A stretch of DNA of 64,000 nt, from assembly GCA_963674825.1 (NCBI GenBank), contig OY771587.1, forward strand, positions 3,808,001-3,872,000, read 5' to 3'. The first letter of the stretch is position 1. Each line of letters opens with the position of its first letter. Source of the stretch: Candidatus Cloacimonadales bacterium (lineage in GTDB: Bacteria; Cloacimonadota; Cloacimonadia; Cloacimonadales; JAIOQZ01). The translations under genes were made by a program, and so were the position numbers. Under the pieces are notes generated by a model, which ran no database searches, was not told the DNA's origin, and saw only the letters and a program-made list of their open reading frames with translations. Below are positions 18,830 to 30,836 of the stretch, one piece after another.

Positions 18830-19255
18830 TTATTGAATGATGCTGGAACCGGATTCGACATCGTCACGAATGAACATCTCGACGATATCTTTCATTGAAA
18901 TCTCATCCAGGCCGGAGAAGAGAATCAGGTTCACAATCTGTTCGATCATCCCACGGCTTACACGCCGTGTAATGATGTTCGATAGCGTAACGCAGAGATT
19001 CATGATCTTTTCGAACGTAAAGCGATCCACCGTACCGAGGTATTGCAGATTGATAAGATACCCGAACGCCTCATTTGTGATATGATGCCGCTCTTCCGCG
19101 CTCATGGTGCGCAGATATACCCTGGTCTCGTCCCGATTGTCAATCAGGTAGTCGATCAGGTCGCGAATGGCTTCGTTGTCGCCCTTCGCCTTTTTTGCGC
19201 CATCCCTTATCGAAACAAGATGGTCGAAAAGATTCTTTATTGTATGATCACTCAT
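18830..19255 (-). CDS. Hypothetical protein, possibly Smg/DUF494-like
   Basis: Lies immediately upstream of topA; the R...EE...I..EAFGYL..L...G motif resembles Smg. Confidence 0.5.
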   Translation of the reverse strand: MSDHTIKNLFDHLVSIRDGAKKAKGDNEAIRDLIDYLIDNRDETRVYLRTMSAEERHHITNEAFGYLINLQYLGTVDRFTFEKIMNLCVTLSNIITRRVSRGMIEQIVNLILFSGLDEISMKDIVEMFIRDDVESGSSIIQ

Positions 19256-19278
19256 TAGTTACCTTCTCTTGTGACAGT

Positions 19279-22200
19279 TTACTCATCCGCCAGTTTCCCG
19301 CAACATTTTTTGTATTTCTTGCCGCTGCCACACGGACATAGATCGTTGCGGCCAACTTTTACTTCCACCCTGCGAGGCTGGATCTTCTGCTCCGGTGGTG
19401 GAGCCGGGTGAGAGCGTTCCGTTTGCGCCGATGTTCCATCGAAAGCGGAGACATCTCGATGCAGGGTATTCGAGCGAGCTAAAAGGTTCTCGATATCCTG
19501 CGGGTTCATATCTTTCGAGACGATGTAAGAGGTAAAGACTTTTTTCGCCACCATCTCATGAACTCGCTCGATAAGGCTCTGGAAAAGCTCGAAACTTTCC
19601 TTCTTGAATTCAATGAGCGGATCCTTGTTCGCATAGGCTCTAAGGCCCACACCTTCCTTCAGGAGATCCATCTCGTGTAGATGATCGCGCCAGAGTTCGT
19701 CAACGACCATAAGGAGTGTCCTGCGTTCCAGTTCGCGCATAGAATCCGAACCGAGGATTTCCTCTTTCTTCGCGTAAGCTTTGAGCGATAGGTTGATCAG
19801 GTTTTCCGTAACATCCTTCATGTCACGCGCGCCATTGATAATCTCGTCTTCGTTGATCTCCAGGCCAAAATTGCTGCGGAACCAGCTTACGATGCGGTCG
19901 TAGGTCCAGTCTTCTTCAAACTCTACGCCGCCGAGTTGATCTTCCACCAGATTTCGCACCACCTCACGGATCATTTCCTTGATCTCTTCGTGGAGGTCGT
20001 AGCCCTTGAGCACATTGCGACGGAAGCTGTAGATCACCTCGCGTTGCTGATTCATTACCTCGTCGTATTTGATCAGGTTCTTACGCGTGTTGAAGTTGTG
20101 CTCCTCGACGCGTTTCTGAGCCTTTTCCACCGCGCCAGTCATCCACGGATGGGTGATCGCCTCGCCTTCGTTGATGCCGAGTTTCTTCATCATACCTGCG
20201 ATTCTGTCGGAACCGAAAAGGCGCATCAGATCGTCTTCCAACGAGAGATAAAACCTTGATGTTCCCGGGTCGCCCTGGCGTCCGGCACGTCCGCGCAACT
20301 GTCGGTCAATACGACGGCTTTCATGCCGCTCGGTACCGATGACGTGCAGACCGTCCAGCGGTCGTCCCAGAGGATGCTCTTCGGTCATTTTCTTCGGGAT
20401 CGACTGATAATATTCCTTCTCGTTGGTGATAACACCGTTTCCGAGTTTGATGTCCGTTCCGCGACCCGCCATGTTGGTCGCAATAGTTACCGATCCGGGC
20501 TCTCCGGCAAACTTGACGATCTCCGCTTCGCGTTCGTGCTGCTTTGCGTTGAGGACATCGTGGTTGATGCCATCACGACGCAGAAGCCTGCTGAGTGTCT
20601 CGGAGACTTCCACCGACACCGTACCGACCAGCACCGGCTTTTTCATCTTGTGCCAGTACTTGATCTCCTCGATGATCGCCTTATACTTCTCCAGCTTGGT
20701 GAGGTAGATCATGTCGTCGTAATCGATACGCGTGATCGGGACATTGGTCGGGATGACCTTGACCGGGAGCTTGTAGATCTCCACAAACTCCGATTCTTCC
20801 GTCACGGCAGTACCGGTCATACCGGCGAGTTTATCGTACATACGGAAATAGTTCTGTAATGTGATGGTGGCCAGCGTCTGGGTCGCACCTTCAATGGTGA
20901 CGCCTTCTTTTGCTTCCAGCGCCTGGTGCAGTCCGTCCGAGAAGCGTCTTCCCGGCATGAGGCGACCGGTGAATTCATCGACGATCATTACCTTGTTTTC
21001 CTGCACCACGTAATCGACATCCTTTTCGAACAGCGCGTAGCTTTTGAGCAACTGCGAAATGTTATGAAGCTGTTCGCTCTGATCCATGAAAGCCTGGGTG
21101 ACTTTTTCGCGCTTCTTCTCGCGTTCGGCGTAATCGAGGCCTTCTTCCTGATCTACACGGTTAAGAAGGTCATCGAGCGTTTCCATGATGAAAAGGTCGT
21201 TGTCGTACTTGGACATCATGTCACGGCCTTTCTCGCAGAGGTCGGCGCTATGCGCATGTTCATCGATCACATAAAAAAGCTCTTCGTCGATGATGGGCAT
21301 CTTTTTATCGCGCAAGAAATAGCCTTCGTAATCGTTCACAATCTTCTTGATATCGCCGTCTTTCGTCAGCTTGATGAACTGCTTGTTCTTCGGCCCACCG
21401 CGCTTAACCATCAACAGTTTGCGCCCAACTTCGTCGATGTTATAGTCGTCTGTCTCAAGCGCTTTACGAATCTCGCTGACCACGCGGTTGAGCATAGTTT
21501 CCTGCGCATGAACAACGCGAACCAGATGAGGCTTGATTTCTTTGTAAAAATTCTTCGATTCCGCTACGGGACCGCTGATGATGAGCGGCGTTCTGGCTTC
21601 ATCGATAAGCACGCTATCCACTTCGTCCACAATGGCGAAGAAATGTTCGCGTTGGACGAGCTGTGCTGCTGAGACCGCCATATTGTCACGCAGGTAGTCG
21701 AAACCGAATTCGCTGTTGATACCGTAGGTAACGTCGTTCGCATAAGCTTCCTGACGTTGGCGGAAATTCATCTCGTTGATGATACAGCCGACGGTGAGCC
21801 CGTGGTATTCAAAGATAGGTGACATCCATTCGGAGTCGCGCTGGGCAAGGTAGTCGTTGACCGTGATCAAATGGCAGCCGCGCCCGGTAAGCGCGTTCAG
21901 GAACAGTGGCATCGTCGCCACGAGGGTCTTACCTTCACCGGTAGCCATCTCAGCGATGTTGCCCTGATGCAGCGCGATACCACCGATAAGTTGCACGTCG
22001 AATGGCACCATGAACCAGGTTTCCTTGTTGCCGCGCACCTCGTATTCGTAGCCGATCAGCCTGCGGCAGGTCTCTCGCACAATCGCGAAGACTTCCGGCA
22101 GATGTTCATCCAAGACTTGTTGCGTGTATTCTTTGAGTTGGTCACGTTGAGCATCGATGCGGTTACCGATCTTATCCTTGTCGTTCTCGTCGGCAGCTTC

Positions 22201-22419
22201 GTGATACTGTTTGTTGAGATCTTCCAGTTCCTCTTCCATGGGGTCGAGTTTGCCGCGGATATCGGCTTTGATCTCCTGCACGCGTGCCTTGAGTTCGTCT
22301 TCCGTGTATTTAGCGGCTTGCGGTTCGTGACTTTTTATAGCTTCCAGCAACGGATTCACCTTCTTCATGTCGCGTGAATGCCGATCACCGAAAAGTTTTT
22401 CGAGTAATTTCAGTGCCAT
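19279..22419 (-). CDS. secA: Preprotein translocase subunit SecA
   Basis: MATGEGKT, DEVDSVLIDEARTP, TNMAGRGTDI, QLRGRAGRQGDPG and C-terminal GRNDLCPCGSGKKYKKCC. Confidence 0.99.
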   Translation of the reverse strand: MALKLLEKLFGDRHSRDMKKVNPLLEAIKSHEPQAAKYTEDELKARVQEIKADIRGKLDPMEEELEDLNKQYHEAADENDKDKIGNRIDAQRDQLKEYTQQVLDEHLPEVFAIVRETCRRLIGYEYEVRGNKETWFMVPFDVQLIGGIALHQGNIAEMATGEGKTLVATMPLFLNALTGRGCHLITVNDYLAQRDSEWMSPIFEYHGLTVGCIINEMNFRQRQEAYANDVTYGINSEFGFDYLRDNMAVSAAQLVQREHFFAIVDEVDSVLIDEARTPLIISGPVAESKNFYKEIKPHLVRVVHAQETMLNRVVSEIRKALETDDYNIDEVGRKLLMVKRGGPKNKQFIKLTKDGDIKKIVNDYEGYFLRDKKMPIIDEELFYVIDEHAHSADLCEKGRDMMSKYDNDLFIMETLDDLLNRVDQEEGLDYAEREKKREKVTQAFMDQSEQLHNISQLLKSYALFEKDVDYVVQENKVMIVDEFTGRLMPGRRFSDGLHQALEAKEGVTIEGATQTLATITLQNYFRMYDKLAGMTGTAVTEESEFVEIYKLPVKVIPTNVPITRIDYDDMIYLTKLEKYKAIIEEIKYWHKMKKPVLVGTVSVEVSETLSRLLRRDGINHDVLNAKQHEREAEIVKFAGEPGSVTIATNMAGRGTDIKLGNGVITNEKEYYQSIPKKMTEEHPLGRPLDGLHVIGTERHESRRIDRQLRGRAGRQGDPGTSRFYLSLEDDLMRLFGSDRIAGMMKKLGINEGEAITHPWMTGAVEKAQKRVEEHNFNTRKNLIKYDEVMNQQREVIYSFRRNVLKGYDLHEEIKEMIREVVRNLVEDQLGGVEFEEDWTYDRIVSWFRSNFGLEINEDEIINGARDMKDVTENLINLSLKAYAKKEEILGSDSMRELERRTLLMVVDELWRDHLHEMDLLKEGVGLRAYANKDPLIEFKKESFELFQSLIERVHEMVAKKVFTSYIVSKDMNPQDIENLLARSNTLHRDVSAFDGTSAQTERSHPAPPPEQKIQPRRVEVKVGRNDLCPCGSGKKYKKCCGKLADE

Positions 22420-22564
22420 AATATAGCTTCCTGTATTATTTTTGCGTCATTGTCGAATCGAGGGTGGTGGTGTCAAGGAAAGAGATATTTACATCATTTT
22501 CATTTGAATTCTCCTTGACAATCCCTTTATCCTGTTCAACGATTAGCAAAAACTGAAGGAGTGC

Positions 22565-25500
22565 ATGATGAAGCGAACCATATATCTCATTTCAATCATG
22601 ATGATCGCTATGATCGGGCAGCTTTCCGCCACGATCGGCTGGTGCGGAAACATCTGGCCCAATTCGGGAACCAGCCATCCCAACGGACAGGGCATCACTG
22701 TCTATTTCCAGATATGGAAAGATGGTGTGACCAACGGAGAAGGCCAGGGCGAAGACCTCTCGGCAACCATCTATTACCGCCTTCAGGGCTCGAGCGATTA
22801 CACATCGCTGGAAATGCCCTACTTTGGCGAAGTCGGCAATAACGACGAATATTCTGTCGCCATTCCGAACGAAGCCTTCTCCGCCGGTGATGTGGTCGAA
22901 TTCGTCTGCGAAGCGCATGACGCCACGGACGACACCTATGCTTACGGAACTGACCAGAACAACGCAGGGCCTTTCACATTCGCAAGCCCGGGCAACTACA
23001 TCATTATCAACGAGACTATCCAGGATGTAGCCGTCACGTTCCAGGTTAACATGGAACTGCTGGAGCCGGTAGAAGCCGCATACGTGGCAGGTACCTTCAA
23101 TAGCTGGAACGCAACGGGAAATCCGCTTTCCGATGATGACGAAGATATGATCTGGACTGCGACCGTCACGATCCCCTCTGGCTCTAATCCGGTTCAGGAA
23201 TACAAGTTTATCAACGGTTCCGACTGGGAAGGCGTGGACAATCGCAGCTTCACCATCGACGACACGAATCCGACCCAAATCCTTCCGGCTGTGTGGTTCA
23301 ACGACCAGGAACCTGCAGAAAATATCGCGACCGTGAGCTTCACGCTCGACGCTTCCAATGTTTCAGCTTACACCAGTTTCTACCTCAAAGGAAGCTGGAA
23401 CGAAGCCGGCTTTTACGATGAAACATGGAACAATGGGAACATCCACACTGCATTCTACGATGATGGAACCCATGGCGACATCATCCCCAACGACGACCTC
23501 TGGACCATACAGGTCGAACTTGTCCCCGATGCAGGCGACAACACCTGGCACTGGGGCTTCACCGATCAGGATTACTACTGGATCAACGGCAACTTCGAGT
23601 TCACCGTCCCGGATACAACCTCGCAGACGCTCTTTTACCAGCTCGTCCCAACCAGCAGCGTCGTGGGAAATGTTTACGATAACACGACCTCAACAGGAAT
23701 CGAAGGCGCGGTTGTCACAGTTGGAGAGTTCACCGCTACAACCAATGCCGAAGGCGGATTCGCACTGCAGATCGTCCCACCCGGAACCTACAACGTGAAT
23801 GTTTCTGCCACAGGATATTACGATTTTGTTCTCGATAATCTTCCTTTCAACGAAGGACACTCCAATCTCATGATCGGCATGATTCCAGAAGGCGCGCTGC
23901 AACCTCCGCAGAACCTTTCCGCAATCGGAAGCGATATGCAGGTCGAACTCAATTGGGATGCACCTGCCGACCGCGTTTTACTCGGATACAATATCTATCG
24001 CGACGACGTGCAGCTCAACGCTGATGTCGTTGAAGAAACATTCTTTACGGATACAAATGTCGAGAACTTTGTCACCTATACTTACTATGTTACTGCGGTT
24101 TATACCGAAGGCGAATCATCACCCTCGAGTAGCGTAGAAGCAACACCGCATCCCGAAACGATCGTCTTTCCTTCCATCGTTGGCGATTTCAACGATTGGG
24201 ATCCCGCAGACCCAGATTATCAGCTTACCTTGAATGACAACGGCGTCTGGACCCTCGCGGTTGAACTCGCAGCCGGTACCTGGGAATACAAGGCAACCGA
24301 GACAAACGACTGGTCTGCCGACTTCCCCACTGCCAATCAGTCTATCACGCTGGAAAACGCGGCAACCGTAACCTTCCGCGCCAACCTGGGTGCGACCGTC
24401 GGCGTACGCGAGAATGATGAATTTATCACTCACACCAATCCGGTGGTAGTCGGTAACTTCCTATCCGAGCTTGGCGGTGTGGACTGGGATCCAACCGACT
24501 TGACCGGTGAAATGATTGACAGCGATGGCGATGACGTGTTTGAATTCAACGCCGTCATCCCCGAAGGAACCTGGGAATTCAAGGTCACGCTGAACCACAA
24601 CTGGGATCAGTCTACAACAAGCAACAACATCGGCTTTGTCTCGGACGGTATTTCCGAAACACAAATCACATACGCGATGGCTACCAACGAAATCGAAACC
24701 AACGCAATTACTCCTCCGGCAGCGCAGATCACCTTCATGGTCGATGATCATCATATCGAACAGTTCGAAAGCTTCTACCTGCTTGGAACTTGGGATACAG
24801 AATCCGGCATGTACGACTCCAACTGGGGCGGTGGTGCAGAACATACGCAGTTCTACGATGATGGAACCCATGGCGATGAAGTGATCGGCGACCATATCTG
24901 GAGCGTGACGGTAAGCCTCATCACCGACGGCGGTAGCAATACATGGGAATGGGGCATCAACGATCAGGATCACAACTGGCTCTTTGGTAATTTCGAATTC
25001 ACCGTTGCAGATACAACAACCCAGTCCTTCAGCTTCACCATCCCCTACACCAGCACGCTGAACGGTACCGTAACTAACTCCGTTACCGGCGAAGCGCTCT
25101 CGGGAGCTTCCGTGCAGACAACATCCGGCGCATCAACGACAACCGACACGGAAGGCCATTACTCTATGACGGTCAATGCCGGAACGACGACGATCATCTG
25201 CTCCAAGTCCGGCTACATCACACAGACGATCAATAACTACGAAATCCCATACAATGACACGGTTACCCTGGATATCGGGCTTGATCGCGAGCTGTACGCT
25301 CCCATCAATCTCACCGCCGAAGAGGGCGATCAGCAGGTTGGACTGAACTGGGATATGCCGGAAGAACCCCGTACTCGTTCCGCTCAGCGCAATACCCGTG
25401 AGCTTACAGGATTCAATATCTACCGCAACAACGAGTTGGTTGGTTCTGTCGATTCCCCGGAAACAATGGAATTCCTCGATACGGGCCTGACAAACAATAT

Positions 25501-25891
25501 AACCTATTCGTACTACGTCACAGCGGTGTATGAAGAAGGCGAGTCACAAGCATCGAACTCAGTCAACGCCATGCCGCACGTTATGGATAACCCCGGCAAT
25601 ACGGTAGTACCTCTGGAAACGGTGCTGATATCCAACTCGCCCAATCCGTTCAATCCCGAGACATCGATCCAGTTCGCACTGGCGAAAGACAGCCCGGTAC
25701 GCATCGATATCGTGAATATTCGCGGCCAGATCGTAACGACGCTGATCGATTCACCGATGCAGGCCGGTTATCACAACGTTGTTTGGGATGGTCACGACCA
25801 TACCGGAAAGCAAACTGCCTCCGGCGTGTACATGGTTCGTATGATCGCGGATCGAAAAACTCAGATCAAGAAGATCACGATGATGAAATAA
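22565..25891 (+). CDS. Secreted multi-domain putative carbohydrate-binding protein with FN3 and FlgD-Ig C-terminal domain
   Basis: Signal peptide; starch-binding-like modules (YVAGTFNSW..EYKF); two YDDGTHGD modules; two FN3 domains; PNPFNPET...SGVY CTD; no recognisable catalytic domain. Confidence 0.75.
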   Translation: MMKRTIYLISIMMIAMIGQLSATIGWCGNIWPNSGTSHPNGQGITVYFQIWKDGVTNGEGQGEDLSATIYYRLQGSSDYTSLEMPYFGEVGNNDEYSVAIPNEAFSAGDVVEFVCEAHDATDDTYAYGTDQNNAGPFTFASPGNYIIINETIQDVAVTFQVNMELLEPVEAAYVAGTFNSWNATGNPLSDDDEDMIWTATVTIPSGSNPVQEYKFINGSDWEGVDNRSFTIDDTNPTQILPAVWFNDQEPAENIATVSFTLDASNVSAYTSFYLKGSWNEAGFYDETWNNGNIHTAFYDDGTHGDIIPNDDLWTIQVELVPDAGDNTWHWGFTDQDYYWINGNFEFTVPDTTSQTLFYQLVPTSSVVGNVYDNTTSTGIEGAVVTVGEFTATTNAEGGFALQIVPPGTYNVNVSATGYYDFVLDNLPFNEGHSNLMIGMIPEGALQPPQNLSAIGSDMQVELNWDAPADRVLLGYNIYRDDVQLNADVVEETFFTDTNVENFVTYTYYVTAVYTEGESSPSSSVEATPHPETIVFPSIVGDFNDWDPADPDYQLTLNDNGVWTLAVELAAGTWEYKATETNDWSADFPTANQSITLENAATVTFRANLGATVGVRENDEFITHTNPVVVGNFLSELGGVDWDPTDLTGEMIDSDGDDVFEFNAVIPEGTWEFKVTLNHNWDQSTTSNNIGFVSDGISETQITYAMATNEIETNAITPPAAQITFMVDDHHIEQFESFYLLGTWDTESGMYDSNWGGGAEHTQFYDDGTHGDEVIGDHIWSVTVSLITDGGSNTWEWGINDQDHNWLFGNFEFTVADTTTQSFSFTIPYTSTLNGTVTNSVTGEALSGASVQTTSGASTTTDTEGHYSMTVNAGTTTIICSKSGYITQTINNYEIPYNDTVTLDIGLDRELYAPINLTAEEGDQQVGLNWDMPEEPRTRSAQRNTRELTGFNIYRNNELVGSVDSPETMEFLDTGLTNNITYSYYVTAVYEEGESQASNSVNAMPHVMDNPGNTVVPLETVLISNSPNPFNPETSIQFALAKDSPVRIDIVNIRGQIVTTLIDSPMQAGYHNVVWDGHDHTGKQTASGVYMVRMIADRKTQIKKITMMK

Positions 25892-25904
25892 TCGATTTAT
25901 AATT

Positions 25905-25936
25905 AAAGCCCCTTCCACCAGGGAGGGGCTTTTTTT
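25905..25936 (+). terminator. Rho-independent terminator
   Basis: AAGCCCCTTCC/GGGAGGGGCTT stem followed by a T tract. Confidence 0.85.
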
Positions 25937-26184
25937 CTTTCAACATAGGCAACATTGGTAATTAACACATCCGATGTAAGGGTTTTCTGATTGAAATATA
26001 TCCTTATTTCTTCAAAGATATGTCCATGACAAACACCATACCGAATGGCATTCATTTCAGCGAAAAGCGAATGATTAATCCTCCGTTATCCAGGAAGTCG
26101 TTCGTCGAGCGCATAAACATAACTTTTTCTATTGACACCCTCTGAATTGCCTATACATTTTTGCAATTAGATTGGAGAGATAGA

Positions 26185-27252
26185 ATGTACCGATTCCGCC
26201 CAGACTTGAAAGAACGTAAGTTGCCCATTATTACCGTACCCAGACGCGATGTCATGATGTGCCTCAACGAAAGCGCCATGGACCCGTTCCAAGCCGTTCG
26301 CGAACCCTTCCTGAAGCGCATGGAAGATATCCACTTGAACCGCTACTTCTCGGATGTCACAGATGAGCTCAAGAAAGCGTTGGCGAACTATGTTGGTCAC
26401 GGGACATCACCCGATTGTTTTGAATTCGGTAACGGTGCTGACGAGATGCTCTACTACCTTTTCACATCGGTACGGGAATCGAAGGACACGTTCGCTGCGG
26501 CTATCGCACCGACTTACGGCGATTATATAACCTACACACGTGCTGTCGGCATGGGTGTAAGGTTTACCCAGATGGACAATAACTTCGATTTCGACGCGGA
26601 TGAATTCCTGAAGCTTCTGGAGCACCCCGATTGCCGTCTGGGTATCCTCTGCACGCCGAACAACCCCACGGGGAATCTGCTCGACGACGATAAAGTACAT
26701 AAAATCCTCTCATCTACCGATAAGCTCATTCTGATCGACGAAGCCTACCACGAATTTTCGGGCCGCACGTACGCCCAGTACCTGCAGAAATACCCCAACC
26801 TGATCATCATCCGCACATTCTCCAAAGGATTCGGAACCTCCGGCCTGCGCTTCGGCTATATGTTCTCAACGCCTGAAAACATCCACGAGATCAAGAAGGT
26901 GATGACCTTCTTCCACATGAGCATCATGATTCAGGCATTTGCGCTGACCATCCTGGAAAACCGCGAACCATTCCTTGCCTACAACCGGATGATTATGGAG
27001 CAGCGAGACCTCCTTATCGAGAAATTGAACGCTCACGACAAGCTGCACGCCTTTCCATCCTGGACCAACTTCGTCCTTTTCTCGGCAGGACATAACGCAA
27101 AGCCACTCTTCGAGTACCTCAAGGATAATCAGGTTGCAATCAGAATGTACGGCTCTCCGGCCATGCTGGGCGATAAGCTCCGCGTGACGATAAGTACAGA
27201 GCGGGATAACGAGATGTTCTTCAATCTCGTTCAATCATTTCCATACGCTTGA
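26185..27252 (+). CDS. hisC: Histidinol-phosphate aminotransferase-like (class I/II)
   Basis: LNE, GNGADE, PNNPTG, IDEAY.EF and RTFSK.FG..GLRFGY motifs. Confidence 0.75.
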   Translation: MYRFRPDLKERKLPIITVPRRDVMMCLNESAMDPFQAVREPFLKRMEDIHLNRYFSDVTDELKKALANYVGHGTSPDCFEFGNGADEMLYYLFTSVRESKDTFAAAIAPTYGDYITYTRAVGMGVRFTQMDNNFDFDADEFLKLLEHPDCRLGILCTPNNPTGNLLDDDKVHKILSSTDKLILIDEAYHEFSGRTYAQYLQKYPNLIIIRTFSKGFGTSGLRFGYMFSTPENIHEIKKVMTFFHMSIMIQAFALTILENREPFLAYNRMIMEQRDLLIEKLNAHDKLHAFPSWTNFVLFSAGHNAKPLFEYLKDNQVAIRMYGSPAMLGDKLRVTISTERDNEMFFNLVQSFPYA

Positions 27253-27349
27253 TCTTTTTCCATAGTTAACAAGCCCGGATATCGGGTTGATAAATTAATG
27301 AATCCACAATCGAGGCGGTTTCTGCTCTTCGTGGAGACGCAAAGGAACA

Positions 27350-30300
27350 TTGATGAATTTCTCAAACCTGTTGCAGCCTTTCAACATTAAAGAAATCATT
27401 CTCAATACGCACTCTGTGATCCAGATCGCACTGGGTATTTTCATTCTGCTTACCTTCACGTTTCTTACGTTCATGCTCATAATAAGGCGCAGATTGAATA
27501 ATGAAATCGACCAGAAAGAGTCGCAGAACCAGCTTCTTACACGGAACCTCGCGCGCGAAAAACGCAACCATGCCGAAGTTATCAGCAGTAACCAGACTTA
27601 TAAAGCTGATAACGAGGAGCTCCAGGAAAAGCTTCGCCAGATCGATTTCCGCAATGATATGATCCTATCGGAGATTGAGACGCAGATATGGTTCTTCAAT
27701 ACTGAGGGGAAGATCCAGCATTGCAACAGAATTCGCATTCACGATCAGGAGATTTTCTCCAGCCGTGCGACCGGAAAGACGCTAATCCAGCTCTTAGGTA
27801 ATTCTGGCGCCGTGCTCCAGGCGAAAGTGGAAGAAGTGATCGAACGGCGTAATCCAATGCTGTTCATCGAAGACCAATTCGAGACAGATAGCCGCGTATG
27901 GCATCACTCGATCGACATTCACCCCATTTTCGATCAGAGCAATAAAATCGACGGAGCAGTAGCGCTGGTTCACGATGTTACCGCTGAGAAAGAACAGCTT
28001 GCATTGACTATGCAGATGGTTAATCGTTATGATAGCGGGGTGATTATAGCGCAGGATGGCATGATCGAATCGGTCAATCCGAGACTGTGTGTCTGGACAG
28101 GCTATAAAGCAGAGACGCTCAAAGGCAAGCCACTGCCTTCAGTGCTATCTGAACGTTCGCGCATCGAGGTGCAGGAAAACCACAAATCTCTGCTCTGGAA
28201 TCCGCTTGAACTGCCGGTGTACGAAACATTCCTTATCGACTCGAAGGAAAATAAGAAGCCGGTTATCTTCACGATCGATGAAATGCAATATAAGAATCGC
28301 AAGACGCAGATTATTATCATCCGCAGTATCGAAGATGCCGACCTGTGCGGACGGGAGTTACAGAAATCATCCGAGATCCTGCAAGCAGCAATCGACACAG
28401 TAGATCATGGCATCTTGCTTTCCAACGGCGAAGATGTGCTCTATTATAATCAGAACTTCGTGAAACTGTGGCAGCTCGACAAATCAATTATGAGCAAGCC
28501 TCGTTGCAATACGATCCTCGATGCCATTACCGGCAAAATCACCAATCGAGACGATTTCACAGAATGGACTCGTTTGACCATTGAAGAACACGTGGAATCC
28601 ACCGATAACGAGATCATCCTCGAGGACGGCAGAATCTTTGAATTCACAACCCGTTGTATGGATAATGACAATAACAATGCAGGATTCATCTGCACTTTCC
28701 TGGATATCACAGAGTCTAAACGTCACGAAAAAGAAATTCTCCTGGCAAAAGAGAACGCGGAATCGGCAAACCTCTCAAAAACAGAGTTCCTGGCGAACAT
28801 GAGTCACGAGATCAGAACACCGATGAACGGTATCATTGGTGTGGTAACTCTTCTGGAAAAAACCAACATCGATCAGCGCCAGCAGCGTTACATGGACGTC
28901 ATCAAAGCGTCAGCCGATTCGCTGCTCAGCTTGATCAACGATATTCTGGACATCTCCAAAATCGAAGCAGGCTATCTCAAACTCGAGAAGATAGATTTCG
29001 ACCTACAGGAGATTTTCAGCGCTACGACCGATATGCTTTCACTCAAAGCACAGCAGAAAGAGTTGGATTTCTACGCATATATCAAGCCGGATGTTCCAAG
29101 CCACTTTTACGGCGATCCAAACCGACTGAAACAAATTCTGATCAACCTAGGCAACAACGCGGTGAAATTCACCGAATCGGGGCATATCACCATCTCGTGT
29201 CGCGCCGACAATGTTAAGGGGAATGTCTTCACGCTTCACTTCGCTGTGGAAGACACCGGCATCGGCATCAAACGCGAACGTATCGATAAAGTTTTCGAGA
29301 GCTACGAACAGGCTGAAGAATCCACGACACGAAAGTATGGCGGAACCGGACTCGGCCTGGCCATCTCGCAGAAACTGACCAAGATGATGGGCGGGGATAT
29401 ATGGGTCGAAAGCGAATACGGATCGGGTACAACATTTCACTTCACGGTCGAGTTGAGAGCGTTGGAAGATGAGAACGTGGAATCGGAAATCGAAACCTTT
29501 GAGAAGATGAATCTCCGTGCGCTGATAGCCATGCGCAACGACGTTAACCAGAAATACATCACCGAAACTTTGTCGTTCTATGGGATTCAATGCACTGTGC
29601 TCAACACGCCAGACATTATTGTGGAGGGTCTCAGCGTTTATAGCGGCACCGATGAAGCGTATGATATGCTCATCCTTGAGCACTTCGACGGACGTTGCAC
29701 TGAGCTCGTGGAGAAGATCCGTGACCGGGTCGAACTTACCGACCTCAAGGTTTTCCTCGTCCTCTCATTCAAGCAGAGCGCGATGATGGACAGAGCGCAG
29801 TTCGGCAATGTGAACGAAATGCTAAGCCTTCCGCTCAAACGCTCTGAGCTTCTCAACACCATGAAGCGAGTTTACGGCTTGATGAACGATACGAAGCCAT
29901 CGAAGTCTTTCACCAAAGCCCTGTCGGATTCACCGGATTCCACTACCCCGATGCCAGGTATTCAGTGCAAGGTGCTTCTGGCTGAAGACAACCCGATCAA
30001 CTTGGATATCATCATCGAAATCCTGGAGACCGAAGGACATCAGGTTTCCGCTGCAAAGAACGGTCTGGAAGTTGTCGAACTTGCCCGTACAGAAACCTTC
30101 GATGTGATACTCATGGATATCCACATGCCGGAGATGGACGGCTTTGAAGCAACCAGGGCTATCCGTGAAATGGAAAGCAATTCGGAACGCCACACGCCGA
30201 TCATCGCCATGACCGCGGATGTGATCAAAGACGAACGCCAGATGTGCAAAGATTCCGGAATGGACGATGTGATCCTGAAGCCCATCAAGATTTCCGAGCT

Positions 30301-30733
30301 CCAGCAGCTCTTCTTCAGGCTGCTTTCCGACGAACCGCAATATAAAGAAGTAAAGTCGATAGATGAACCGAGCAATGACAGGCAAGACCTAACCATCTCT
30401 CTGGACTACATCAAAGAAAGCCTTGGAGACAACCTCAAGGTAATCGAGAAGACATTCAGCCTCATCGCCAAGAAATTCCCGCTTGCGATGCGTGACATCC
30501 GCAAGGCGATGTCAGATAACGACGATAAAGCGCTGCACCGCGCAGCTCATGGAATGAAAGGCTTCATGAACTACTTCGATTTCCCCGAGATCAAGCAAAA
30601 CGTCCTCGCGTTGGAGAAGGCCGGGAAGAAAGCCGATTTCAACTCTGCCAAGATGATCCTTATCGATCTCGAGCCGCAGATGGACGCGTTTATCAAAGCA
30701 ATCAAGAAGAAGATCGAGGAATTCGAGAATTGA
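27350..30733 (+). CDS. Hybrid sensor histidine kinase (TM-PAS-HisKA-HATPase-REC-HPt)
   Basis: [44 protein letters not shown] and AAHGMKG. Confidence 0.95.
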   Translation: MMNFSNLLQPFNIKEIILNTHSVIQIALGIFILLTFTFLTFMLIIRRRLNNEIDQKESQNQLLTRNLAREKRNHAEVISSNQTYKADNEELQEKLRQIDFRNDMILSEIETQIWFFNTEGKIQHCNRIRIHDQEIFSSRATGKTLIQLLGNSGAVLQAKVEEVIERRNPMLFIEDQFETDSRVWHHSIDIHPIFDQSNKIDGAVALVHDVTAEKEQLALTMQMVNRYDSGVIIAQDGMIESVNPRLCVWTGYKAETLKGKPLPSVLSERSRIEVQENHKSLLWNPLELPVYETFLIDSKENKKPVIFTIDEMQYKNRKTQIIIIRSIEDADLCGRELQKSSEILQAAIDTVDHGILLSNGEDVLYYNQNFVKLWQLDKSIMSKPRCNTILDAITGKITNRDDFTEWTRLTIEEHVESTDNEIILEDGRIFEFTTRCMDNDNNNAGFICTFLDITESKRHEKEILLAKENAESANLSKTEFLANMSHEIRTPMNGIIGVVTLLEKTNIDQRQQRYMDVIKASADSLLSLINDILDISKIEAGYLKLEKIDFDLQEIFSATTDMLSLKAQQKELDFYAYIKPDVPSHFYGDPNRLKQILINLGNNAVKFTESGHITISCRADNVKGNVFTLHFAVEDTGIGIKRERIDKVFESYEQAEESTTRKYGGTGLGLAISQKLTKMMGGDIWVESEYGSGTTFHFTVELRALEDENVESEIETFEKMNLRALIAMRNDVNQKYITETLSFYGIQCTVLNTPDIIVEGLSVYSGTDEAYDMLILEHFDGRCTELVEKIRDRVELTDLKVFLVLSFKQSAMMDRAQFGNVNEMLSLPLKRSELLNTMKRVYGLMNDTKPSKSFTKALSDSPDSTTPMPGIQCKVLLAEDNPINLDIIIEILETEGHQVSAAKNGLEVVELARTETFDVILMDIHMPEMDGFEATRAIREMESNSERHTPIIAMTADVIKDERQMCKDSGMDDVILKPIKISELQQLFFRLLSDEPQYKEVKSIDEPSNDRQDLTISLDYIKESLGDNLKVIEKTFSLIAKKFPLAMRDIRKAMSDNDDKALHRAAHGMKGFMNYFDFPEIKQNVLALEKAGKKADFNSAKMILIDLEPQMDAFIKAIKKKIEEFEN

Positions 30734-30836
30734 TCAAATAGCGCAAATAATCTCCCCCCGAATGATATACTATTTGACAATATTTATCCAAGCTCCATTA
30801 TATGATACAATTCTAACGTAAGGAGATCCTGTAACT

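Noticed and set aside
19936..22377. Long antisense ORFs over secA (and similar ones over other genes)
   Set aside because: These are shadow frames of strongly coding genes with no recognisable motifs.
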